Below, piece by piece: positions 40,149 through 50,993 of a stretch of 64,000 nt of DNA (position 1 is its first letter; each line of letters starts with the position of its first letter). Both the position numbers and the translations under genes were made by a program. A model generated the notes under the pieces. The model was not told the origin of the DNA. It searched no databases and saw only the letters and a program-made list of their open reading frames with translations. Source of the stretch: Cyanophora paradoxa CCMP329 (taxonomy: Eukaryota; Plantae; Glaucophyta); the NCBI GenBank assembly GCA_004431415.1, contig QPMI01000408.1:1116001-1180000 (forward strand). Reading direction: 5' to 3'.

Positions 40149-40862
40149 GCGGGCCCCTGCATATGCATGCACAGCCCCGCACCCTTTTTTCTCTCTCTCC
40201 TCTCCTGTACAGCACTGAGATCTTCAGATCCTCGCGAGACGGGCAGGGCAGCGGTTAGATCCATCCCCCTTCGTATAAGACATGTATCACCACCACCGTT
40301 TTTTAACGATTTTGTTTTTGAATGCTAGTTACGCGTGTGTTCCTAGAGCACTGTTAAAAAGAGGTAGATTGTACGTGTGCGATGAGAACAGAATCTCAAG
40401 GCAACTAAACAGCCTGTCACGGCGTGGCCGTTCATCCCAGATGGTGCAGCCTCGTTTAGATAGACGAACTCGAAGCTGATTCTCCCTGGCGAAATGTCCA
40501 ATGGACATTGTGGCTCAGCTGCACGCCCCATCTAAACAACCGTCTCAAGAGGTGGCGACGTACATGGCCCAGCCCCCGTCTAAACGACGAGGTTGTACTA
40601 AAAAAGGAAGAGAACACGCAGCCGCCCGCTTGCGCCATCCCGCTGCCGCGTCCGTTGAGAATCCAGACACGCGCACGCCAGCGCCCAGCGCTAACGGTCC
40701 AGCCCCGCGAAGAAGACCGCAAGGAGAGAAAGCATATCTGAAATTGAGAAGCAAGTATTATGCGGTGTCCTAAACCTTTACAAGCCCATCCTGTTTGCAG
40801 CAAGTGCACTACCGCTGCAACAAAATCGCAGGGGAAAAAGCGGGGACCAGAGGAGGAAGGGA

Positions 40863-41607
40863 TTACTGGAGGCCAACGGACACGTTCTTCTTGCCGCTGC
40901 GGAGGAGGAGCGTGAGGCGCGGCGTGGAGCGGATGGGCCTCTGCTGCGCGGGAATGGCACGCGAACCTGACGAGCTCGACCTTGAAGATGCGGCCGCCCG
41001 CCTTCTGGATGCGCTGCTGCTCACGGTACCTGTGCAAGGAAAGCGGGCGCGGGTCAGACGCGTCCGGTGATGGCGTTCGGCCGACGCTAATCAACCCAGA
41101 TCCCCGCGCCAATCACCCGCCGCCGCAACGTCCGCGACTCACCAGTTCGAGAACGGGACGAGCTTGGTGTTGTAGACGTTGAAGAGCTGCGAAAGGCCCG
41201 TCGTCAGCGACGTCGGTGAGTCACCATGCGAAATGGTCAAACCTTGCGGCCAGCCTCGAGGCGCTGGGAAGTCTGGGGCAGGCAGAAGGTGATCTTGAAC
41301 ATGCGGTTGTCACCAGCAATCGGGCTGGAGCTGGGGTTGGTGATCCGCTTGATGGCCGAGCCGGAGGTGTCGGCACGGATCTGCGTAACCGCCCGTCAGA
41401 CGGCAGTTTCTCCGGCTCTCACGCATATTCTAGCGTCCTACAACAGCTCTGTGCGGCCGCTGGCCGGCTCGGACGGCTGGACGCCCGCACCTCGAAGGCG
41501 GCCTCCTGCTGGGGCGCAGCCGGGCAGATGGGGCTGGCGGCGAAGAAGCCGACCTTCTGCGAGCCCGAGAAGGTGCGGAGACCGGTGGCGGCGACGAACG
41601 AGGCCAT
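40863..41607 (-). CDS. apcC: Phycobilisome allophycocyanin core linker Lc7.8 precursor (nuclear-encoded, 5 coding exons, plastid transit peptide)
   Basis: Spliced protein: MASFVAATG...AAFE|IRADTSGSAIKRITNPSSSPIAGDNRMFKITFCLPQTSQRLEAGRK|LFNVYNTKLVPFSNW|YREQQRIQKAGGRIFKVELVS|GKKNVSVGLQ*. This matches the CpcD/ApcC signature RMFKIT...TKLVPYxNWFREQQRIQKxGGKIVKVEL. Confidence 0.93.
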
Positions 41608-41689
41608 GTTTCGAGGCGGGATGTGAGAACAGGCGAACTGCCGCGACCGAGTCGACCTAGGTGATTGCGATTTGGGGGGGCGAGTCAGC

Positions 41690-42650
41690 AGGGGGGTGCC
41701 TGAAATTCACGCTGGAGTGCTTCGGCGCATCGAATTCGAAAGCCGCTGATCGTGAGCGCTAGCATAGCAGCGGGCACAGCGCAGCACTTCAGCGCAGCAC
41801 TTAGGCGGCTGCGCAGGCCCCGCTTCGGGAGGCCCCGCCGAGCGGCAGGCGCTGAGCGGCAGCGGCGGCGAGCTAGAGCGCCAAGGCGCCAAGCTAGAGC
41901 GAGAGGCGAAGGAAATCCCAAAGGCTTGGCCGAACGAAAGGCTTGGCCCAGAGGTGAGCGAAGGAAGGTTTACATGCGCGCCCTCGCGCCCCCGCGCCGG
42001 GCCGATCGGCCCGTGCACCGCGCCGGCTTCTCAGCGGAACTTGGTGCGCTCTGCAACGCTCTGCAACGCTTGCCTTGGTGCGCGTCCGTGGCCATGGCCA
42101 CGCTAACGACCGCATGCGCATGCGCAGCAGTATTTCGCAGCGATGCGCCACAGCGATGCGCCGGTGTCGCCGGATTGCAAAATTGAACTCCTCATCGCAG
42201 TGTCGACCCGTGCACCGCATACTCGTGTCGAGCTTTCCCTTGGTGCGCGTCCCATGGCCAGCTGCACCATGCGCCAGCCGGCCCGAGCTTGGCAAGCGCA
42301 CTTCGTCAGCGAGCTTCGAGAGAGGGCCAGCAGCCTCTGTCGACGTCGGCTTGCTTCTCGGCCGTCCTACCGTCCGACGGTCCGGCCGTCCAGCGGCCAG
42401 CACGATTCCGCAGCCGGTTAACATTCAGCTTAAACTTCCAACGCCGCCGTCGTGTGCACTGGGCCAGGTGCGGCCTTGCTTCTCGTTCCTCTCAGGGATT
42501 GCGCATGCGCGCGCAGGCCTAGGCGGGATTCCCTCGGTCTGTCGCAGGCCCGGAGGCGAGCCACCGGCGCCCCCCCCCGGCGACCGTCGGACATGTACAG
42601 CGTGATCATGACTGGATCCGGAGCTAGTAATAGTGTTTGCGCGTGTCGAT
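41690..42650 (+). other. Putative spliced transcript (small gene or lncRNA) divergent from apcC; start codon not identified
   Basis: A series of plausible introns (gtgagc/gtgcgc/gtccgg/gtgcgg ... cag) near 41752-41816, 41953-42034, 42078-42200, 42243-42309, 42379-42428 and 42468-42516. No recognisable protein family. Confidence 0.35.
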
Positions 42651-42946
42651 GTCCTGCCGCCCTATACATAGCTACCTCCTGCCCCGTCCCCCCACCGTGG
42701 CACCGGCGCCACGTGCACCAGCCCGTTCGATATACGTATACGTATACTCGAGGCCAGCTGCACTGAGTGTGCAGGGCCGGGGGAGTGAAGCTAACCGCGG
42801 CCGGGGGGGGAGGGGGGGGGGGAGTCAACCTCGAGCTCGGCATTCGGTCGAAATTTCGATCGACATCGGGACCGTGATCGGGTTCGATCGATCTCGACGA
42901 TCTATTGCTTTGAATTCGCTGCAGCTGCCGGCGCCAGGCTGCCCGC

Positions 42947-43483
42947 ATGGATGCGCCAGCGGCTTTCCTGCCGGGCGACCGCGTCGTCCTCTCCGGCCTC
43001 TCTTCGGGTGCGGGCTCGCGCCTCAACGGGCGCTTTGGCGTCGTGCTTGCCGCGAGCGCATCTGCCGAGGCCGCCGAGGCGATCCGCAGGGGCCGCGTGC
43101 CAATTCAACTCGATCCCGAGCCCGGCGCGCAACCGACCGTCGCAGCAGAGCTCGAAACCGTGATGACATCGATCAGCGTCAAGCACGAAAATCTGCAGCG
43201 CTCCGCAGCGCGTTCGATCGCGAGTTCAGCCAGCGCGAGCTCGAGCTCGAGCGCTAGCGCTCGAGCGACATGGAAGCCGCGCATGGAGGAGCTATTCGAG
43301 CTTATGAGTAGCGACGAAAGCCCCATTTTCACACCTGGTAGTGAAATCTCCATTTCGGTCTGGCAAAAAACGCTGTCCAGCATGCAGCAGCGGGAGGCAA
43401 CATGGGAGGAGGCTATAGCTGCAGATAAGGCCGATTTTCAATCGAAGCTAGCGACGGTGCGGCGCTCGCGAGGCCAAATGTGA
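42947..43483 (+). CDS. Intronless hypothetical protein with N-terminal SH3/KOW-like beta domain
   Basis: ATG-initiated 178-aa ORF. The pattern PGDRVVLSGL...LNGRFGVV...GRVPIQLD...ISVKHENL is, from recall, recurrent in algal/protist proteins. Confidence 0.65.
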   Translation: MDAPAAFLPGDRVVLSGLSSGAGSRLNGRFGVVLAASASAEAAEAIRRGRVPIQLDPEPGAQPTVAAELETVMTSISVKHENLQRSAARSIASSASASSSSSASARATWKPRMEELFELMSSDESPIFTPGSEISISVWQKTLSSMQQREATWEEAIAADKADFQSKLATVRRSRGQM

Positions 43484-43794
43484 CCGTCCGATCGCGACCA
43501 TATGCATCAGCCCGAGCAACATGATGCAGCTGCAGCTGAGTACTGCAGCGCTAGCTGACTCATGATCATATGCATATGCATGAGTGCTTGCAATTTTTCA
43601 GGCTGTGACGCGCCGCATGCGCAGCGCATTGTTTCGCATACGTATGCAGATGTAATTATAACCGTGAACGTGCACGTGAGGCGCCCTGCAAACCGCAATG
43701 CCACAGAGCTCGAGGGCCCGGCTTGGCCCAGCCAGATCTAGAGGGCGCCGTCCGATCAGCTGCTGGTGCGGGGTTCCGAAGTTCACCGGCCGGG

Positions 43795-46700
43795 CTACTG
43801 GGCGGGTGTGATCTGCGCCATCGTCGACTGGATGTCCTGGCAGTACCTGCCCGGAGGTAGGGGTACGTGAGCCGAGGAGAAGGGTGCGGAATCGGGGGGG
43901 CGGGGGGGTAGGGGCTCACTTCTGGACGACGAACGACGTCGCCTCGCTCCGCTGCAGCCGCGCGTCCAGCTCCCTTATCTGCCCGGGGAGGAATGAGCGG
44001 GGGGTACGGGGTTCGAGGAGGGGGGTACGTCTCGCCTTGGCGACGGCGTCGAGGAGGCAGGCGCGGTCGCGCTCGATCCGCGCCTCGTGCAGCTGCGGGG
44101 GGTACGGTATCAGAGAAGAGGGGGAGAAGGGAGAGGTCGTTCAGGACCGGACCTGCTGGCGCCACGCGGCGAGGGCGGTGGCGGCGGCGCGCCGGTCGCG
44201 CCCCGCGGCGGTCAGGCCCGCCAGATGCTCCCTCCTCCGCGCCCGCCCCACGCTGCGCGACGAAAGTCGAGCGTAAGGTCATCTCGTCTTCTCTCTTCCA
44301 GCGGAGCGCACGCACCAGTGGAGGCGCCAGGCGGCCCAGGCGCGCCGCAGCTCCCCGCGGGCCTCGAGCGCCGCGCAGCGAGCGGCCAGCGCCCCGCGCA
44401 CCTCCGCCAGGCGGCCCCGCAGCACCCGCCGCTCCGCGTCCACCTGCGAACGAAGCGCGGCGGTTTCAACGAGAATAGAATGGGGAAAGGGGAGGGAGGG
44501 TACGCGGATTCGCACCTCGACGAGCCGGTCGTCGCTCGCGTCCCTCTCGTCCCGTACCCGGGCTGCGAAGGCGGCCGGGCGGGCGGGGGCGATCTCAGGC
44601 CCCTTCAAACGGCGAAGAGAGGGGGGGGGTACGCTCGCACCGAGGTCGCGCTCGGCGCCGGCGAGGCGGTCCCTGAGGCGGGCGGCCTCCTCCGCCCCGC
44701 GGGCGCGGCCCCGCTCGAGACCGGCCCCGCGCCACTCCAGCAGCGCCTCCTTCGCCGCCTGCGCGAGGGAGCGGAGTTGGGGCCGCCGGGCCCGGTCGGT
44801 TAGATGACAGGGCGGAGGCTCGGGGCGTCCCGCGCCCCCTCTTGGAGCCGTCCACTCTAGTCGGGGCTCTAGTTCGCGGCTCTCTTAGTTGAATCCGATT
44901 CGAAAGGGGGCGCACGGAGCGGGCGGCGCGGCGCTCGCCCCAGGCGAGGGCGCGGTCGAGGAGGGCGTAGAGGTGGTGCCTCCCCTCCACCTCCGCCGCC
45001 CCCCGCCGCCACAGCGCCATCGCCTGTCGGAAGGGTGAGGCGCGTGGGAGGGGGAGAGGGGGAGGTACGGGGGGAGGCGGGGGGAGGGGGGTACACCTTC
45101 GCGAGGGCGTCCCGGTCGCGCCGCGCCCCGCGGGCCTCCGCCTCCGCCCGCCGCGCCTGCCCCGCAGGCTCAGGAGAGGAAGAGGAAGAAGAGAGGACGC
45201 GGGATCGTGAACTAAAGTTCTCCGTGCGCGCAATGTAAAGGAAGCGCCTTCTCAAGCAAAGCTCTAATGCAGAGAAGCCTTGAAGGCTCTAAGTCTCGAT
45301 TTAGAATCGAGCTCTCTCACGGAAAAAGCAGCTAGGAGCCCAGGATCCCAAAGCTGCCTCAAGGTGCGACGCGCAAGATCCTTAAAGATCGAACGTAAAG
45401 ATCTAAAGTTCGGAGCGAAGTGTAGAAAGCGAACCTTGAGGTTCTCGAGGGCGGAGCGCCAGGCGCCGAGCGCCCCCGCCTCCGCGCTCGCCTGCCGCCT
45501 GGGGGGGGAGAGAGGGGGGGTGAGAGGGGCGGACGGGGGGGAAGGGGAGGGGATGGGGAGGGGTACCGGAGGCTCAGGACGCCGATGGCGCGGTACTGGC
45601 GGCTCCGCGTCTCCGCCACGTCCCGCCACGCCTGGTGGGGGGATGGGGGGGAGGGGAGGCGTCAGGGGGGTACAAGGCGCGTGGCTGGCTCCCGCTAGAC
45701 GACGGCCCCGGCTTTGGCGGGGTACGGCTAGCTAGACGCCAACCCAGGTACAGAGAGAGGCTAGCCCTCGGTTTCGGGGGGAAACAAAGGTTAGAGAGTG
45801 CAGAGGCTAGCCTCGCCCGACCGGAGCCGAGCCGCCGGACCCGCCTAGTCCGTTTGTGGGAGCGGCTGCGGGGCGCGCGCACCCGGAGGACGGAGGCGGC
45901 GCGGCTGAGGGAGCGCGCCACGTGCGCGCGGGCCACGGCGCGCCGGTTGCGGGCCCGCCGCCGCGCCCACGCGAGCCAACAGCGCAGCGCCGCGCGCGAG
46001 CGCGCCGCCTCGCGCCGCGCGCGGAGGACGAGCGCCGCGTGCCGCTCGGCGGAGGAGGGGCCCAGCTCCGCGCGGCGCGCCCAGGCGCGGAAGGCGGCCG
46101 CCAGCGCCCGCGCCCCGCGCCGCGCCGCGAGGCGCCCCGCCGCCGCCTCGCGCGCGCGGGCCTCGCCGGCCGCCGCGCGCCACGCCGCGAGCGCGGCCGC
46201 AGCCGCGCGCGCCCTCTCCCCCGCGCGCTCCTCCCGCGCCGCGCGCGCCTCGGCGGCCCACGCCGCGAAGCACGCCCGCCGGGCCCCGCGGGCCCGCTCC
46301 TTTTCGACGAGGTCGGCGGCGCGGGCGCGGGCGGCCTCGAGGGCGGCCCGCCGCGCCGCCCTCGCCTCCTCCAGCGCCCCCGCGTCCGCCACCAGCTGTG
46401 CCTGGACCTGCCGCGAGCAGAGCAGAGAAGAGAGCTAGTGGTAAGCTCAAACGTCGAAGCGAGCGAGGAGAGGTGGTGGATTGGAAGGAAGCAGAGCAGG
46501 ACAGGGGGGAGATACGGTCTAAAGGAGAGACGAGAAGCGTCTAAGAGACGTCTAAACTCATCTAGAGCATCTCAAGGAAAAGTTTGGGCAAAGGCTCGCC
46601 TGGCCGCAGAGGCGCTCGGCGACCTCGAGGCGCCGCCGGAGCTCCCCCGCCTCTTGTCTCGCCCGCCCCGCCTCTTCGTTCGCCTCGGCCAGCTGCCCCC

Positions 46701-49700
46701 GCGCGAGCGCGAGGGCCCCCCGCAGGCCCGCCGCCTCCTCCTCCGCCGCCGCCGCCCGCGCCGCCAGCGCCGCCGCCGCGTCCGAGCGCGCCCCGTCGAA
46801 GAGCCGCCGCTCGAGCTGCGGACAGAGGTTAGGCGAGAGGGGCGAGGGGGGGGGTACAGTAAACGCGCCTCGAGGGCCTCGCGCTGGCAGTCGACGAGCT
46901 GGCGGTACGCGGCCGCGTGCGCGCGCGCCGCCCGAAGCAGCCGCGAGTCGTGCGGGCTCGCCCCGCGCCCGGCCCGGGGGAGGCCGGGGCCGGCCTCTCT
47001 GCCGAGTCGGCCCGCATGGCGGCCTTCAAAAGGGACCGCCTGAGGGCGCCCGAGGCGGAGCCCTCCAGGGCGGCGCGGACTCCCCGCAGGGAGTCGCGGG
47101 CTCGGTCCCACGCGGCCGCGGGGTCCTCGCCCCCGCCCGCCGCCGCCCGCTCGAGGGCCTCGACGCAGGCCGCCGCCTCCTCCAGCGTCCGCTCAAGCTG
47201 CCAGAGCTAAGATCAGTTTCAGCTTTTCTCTCTCTAGAGGAGAGTAGCTCTACCTTGGGCGACGGGGAGCGGGAGCGGCCGCGGGCGGCGGCGGCGGCGC
47301 CGGCTCCGCCCGCGGGCCGGCGGCCTCCAGCAGGAGCCTTAGCGTCGGGACGCGCTCTCCCGGCCGCAGGGGCGAGGCCGGGCCCGAGGGCGGGCCCGCC
47401 CGTATCGGCGAGATCGCCCGCCGCTGCCCCGCCGGCCGCCCCGCCGAGGAGGGCGCCGAGGGGGGTACGACGAACGACGCGTCCGGCTGCGGGGGCTCCG
47501 GGAATCCGTCGTCGTCGTCGCCGCCGTCCTCCGCGTCGAAGGCGTACCCGTACCCCCCGTCGGCATCGTCCCCCGGATCCCGCCACCCGGCGCCGCCGCC
47601 GGCGCCGCCGCCTGCGGACGCAGCCAGCGCCGAGCCGACGCGCTGCCTTAAGGACGCAGCTGCCGCCGCCGAGGTCGAGGCCGGAGGCGACGGCGAGGGG
47701 GAGGGGCCGAAGAGGGGGTACGCCCGCCCGGGGCTCCCCGCCGAGGACACGAAGGAGGCCTGAGGGGGCGGAAGGCCGCCGCCCGCGTCGGTACCCCCCG
47801 GGGAGATGGGTTCGGGCTCCTCCAGGGCCAGTCCGGGCCGGGCGCGCCCGGCGGCGGCCCGCTGGCGCCTGAGGACCTCGCGGAGGCGCTTGGAGGGGGT
47901 AGTGGGATCCTCGAGCCGCTCGGGCTCGGGGTCCAGGGGTAGACGCTCGGCCGCGATTTCCTCCAAGGAGGCAGGCCGGGGGGGAGCCGGGGGGGCGGGG
48001 AGGAAGCCCGAGGCGGGGGCGGAGGGAGGGGAAGGGGAGCGGGCCGGGGGAGGGGGAGGGGGAGGGGAGGGGGAGGGGGCATCGTGGGAGGCGGCGGGAA
48101 GGAGGAGGGGAGCTCCCCTCGGAGCGCCCTGAGCCTCTGAGCGAACTGCGAGGAAACTGAGCCCCAAAGGGGGGACGCGAACGGGTCCGGAAAGGGGGGT
48201 ACCTTGAGCGTGAGGAGGGACTCGTCCGCCTCGCCCCTCCCGCACGGCGGCCGCGCGTGCGCGAGCAGAGTCGCCTCGAAGGGGGGCGTCAGCCTGCGGG
48301 GGGTACGCCTTTCAGCGGGTAGGGTGGGGGGGTGAAGGGTCGTGAGGGGTACGCACGCGGGGCGGAGGACGTGGGTCAGCTTCGAGTCGCGGTAGGGGAC
48401 GGGCACGGGCTCGGCGGGGGGCGGCGGGGGAGGGGACAGGGGGGGTACGACGGGCCCCAGGAGGGTTGCCAGTACCCCCGCGAGGGCGGAGAAGGCGCGG
48501 GCGACGCGCTGGCGTGCGGCCGGCGGCGCCGGCGGCGGACGGGAGACGCCGGGCGGGTCCAGGGCGGATGCTTCCCCCTCCCGGGCCTGACGCGGATCAG
48601 GGGGGGGGAGAAATGGCGGGGGGTACGCGCACCAGCTCGGCGTCGGCGAGGCGGGCGACAGCGAGGACGGCGGAGCCCTCCGGCTCCAGTCGGATCGTGT
48701 ACACCACGTGGCAGAGGCGCGCCCGCTCCGCCCCGCCCGAGATCGACCGCGCCGCCCGCACCCTGCGCGGCGAAGCTCAAGACGCGCTAGAATCCCGTAA
48801 CCCAGGACCGAGGGGGTACCGTTCCATGAGCTCCTGCACGTCGGACGGGGAGGCCACGCGGTGCTGGGACTGCGGCGATTTCGGCGCAGTCAACCGGAGG
48901 GGCCGCGGGAGGGAGGGGGGGGGCGGACGAGGCCCTGGACGGCGCCCGAGGCGGAGACGCGCAGGTGCGTGTTGCGGGGGCGGCATGCGTCGCTGAGCAC
49001 CTCACCGTCCGCAGCGCTCACTGCGAAGGGCTGATCAGCGCTAGCGGCGCGGCGAAACAGCGGCGCAGCGGCGGCGCGCCTGCGGAGACGACGACCGTGG
49101 CGTCGGGATCGACCGCCGCCGCGTCGATCAGCTCGCACAGCATCCTCGGGACCTGTGCCGGCGTCGGCGCCGCGGGGGGGCGGAGGCGGCGGGGGCGCAG
49201 CGCACGAGGCCCCGGCCGTCCGCATCCGGGTCGACGCCCTCGACCGGCGAGCCCTCCGCCGAGTGCGTCTTGCCGCTGCCGCTCTCGCCGTACACCAGCA
49301 CGGCGCTGCTCACGCCCTGCGAGGCGCGTGAGGCGCGGGGCGCGGAGCTGGCGCGCGGAGTGAAGGGCGCGGCCGGGAGCGACCTGCAGCAGGAGGTCCA
49401 CAGCGCGCGCGCCGACCTCCTCGTACACATCGCGCTGCGTGCTCCGCTCGCCGAGCACCTGCGAGGCGCCTGGCTGAGCGCTGGCGCCGACTGGCGCGGG
49501 AGCAGCCTGGCAGCGGACCCGGTCAAATCCGAAGACGCGCTCCCCGCGGTACGACTTGTCCGGCCACACTACAGCGCCGTCTGTCGTTGCGAACGAGTCC
49601 GCGGCCGGCTCGTAGACTGGCCTGTCGAAGGGCGGGAGTTAGCCAGGAGCGGCGGGCGCGCTCGGCGAGGCGCAAGGGGTTTCTCTGACCCTCTTCGAAA

Positions 49701-49733
49701 GCGGACAACCGTCCGCAAGGCAGCCAGCTCCAT
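43795..49733 (-). CDS. Divergent kinesin-like protein (N-terminal motor, Pro-rich linker, coiled coil and Sfi1-like tail); true start may lie up to ~300 bp further upstream
   Basis: Motor-domain motifs: LRTVVRFR, RVFGFDRVLGERSTQRDVY, P-loop YGESGSGKTH, RGLVPR, VPYRDSKLTHVLR, ESLLTLKFA. The tail has repeated (F/L)xxW motifs and ends ...AQITPAQ*. Confidence 0.8.
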
Positions 49734-50266
49734 TTCGTTCAACTGCTCCAGCCGTGCGCGCGCGTACCCGTCGACGTCGGCCTTCCCCGCAGCGAACCCC
49801 GCGGACGTCAGCCGCCGCTGCTGTGGCCTATTTGTCAGCAACTGAACGCCAGTAATTTTGCAGTGAACCCGGGAGCTCGCCAAGCCTGCCTGCCTGACCC
49901 AGCGCACTTCCGGACAGTCGGCGCCCGCGTCCGCGGGACGTCGCCGGAAGTCCAGCGTCTAGATTGAAAGTGGGAATTGACAGAACGATATCTACAAGCA
50001 CTCTACAGCCCATACCAGAGAAAGGACAGCTAACGTGTGGATCTACCCATAGTCCCTGACGCACGGCCCCGGAAAGGAAGGAAAAGGAGGGGAAGTGCGC
50101 ATCTACTAAACTAAAGCGAACAGAGAGTTAGCAGTTACACTATGTACATGAGCGATCGAGCCTGGCCCGACCGGGGCCGTGAAAACGCCAGCGACGTCTG
50201 GGGAAGAGGCCGACAAGCGGCGCCCTGGAGGCGACTCGGCGACCGCCGCGCCTCCGAGCTCCAAAC

Positions 50267-50914
50267 TCATTGCCAGCCGGGCTGCAGCGGCGATCGGTCA
50301 GAGAGGGCGGCATGGCAGGAGGCCGCAAGCGGCGCGGATAGGGCGCCGCGCTCGAATCCAGCGCTCGCACACGCACCTCTTTCTGCATCTTGGCCTTCTC
50401 GATGATAAACTTTCCTTCCTTGTACTTCTGCGACTCCTCGAAGGCCTCCTCATACTTCCAGCCTAGGATCGTCTGGCAGCACTGCAACCGCGTCAAGGGG
50501 CGAGCGCGAGCGCGGGGCGGGGGCGCCAACATTGCAGTAAATGTCGGCGACGGTGTGTAGGCCAGTTATGAGGATCCTGTCCTCCTTGGGCCCCAGGCAC
50601 ACGTTGACGACGTCATTGAACAAGTACGCACGCCCGTGACGGCCCTGAAAGGACTTGGAGATAATCTGCGGACGCAACAGAGATTAGAAAGGAGCGTCGG
50701 TATCGACTCGCCGGCGCTCCCCGCGGCGCTCTAGAGGCTGCAAGCTGCGACGACGCCCGGTTCGCTTGCCTCGTCGTGGTTTGCAAGGTGGGCGTGGCAG
50801 TTGGAGCAGGAATACACTCGGGGGCCGGAGATGTACGCTTTGAAGAGCTGGGGGGGCGCGTCAGGCGCGCAGATGGGCAGGGCGGAACCGCCGCCGCAGC
50901 CGCACCCGCCCCAT
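50267..50914 (-). CDS. Yippee-like (YPEL) zinc-binding protein
   Basis: MGR|[26 protein letters not shown]|[45 protein letters not shown]|[35 protein letters not shown]|PGWQ*. Confidence 0.95.
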
Positions 50915-50993
50915 CTCAGAATGTCCTCAACGTCTTCGTGAACGCGTCAAGCGCCAGCGCCAAGCGCCGGCCTCTCGCTCTCAGCCAAGCGGG

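Noticed and set aside
40501-40773. 90-aa ATG ORF between KEA and apcC
   Set aside because: It has no family motif, its codon use is unlike the GC3-rich genes, and it lies in a probable 3'-UTR/terminator zone.
40970-41030. REQQRIQKAGGRI read as a PP2C phosphatase motif
   Set aside because: The flanking exons give the complete ApcC signature and no PP2C catalytic motifs.
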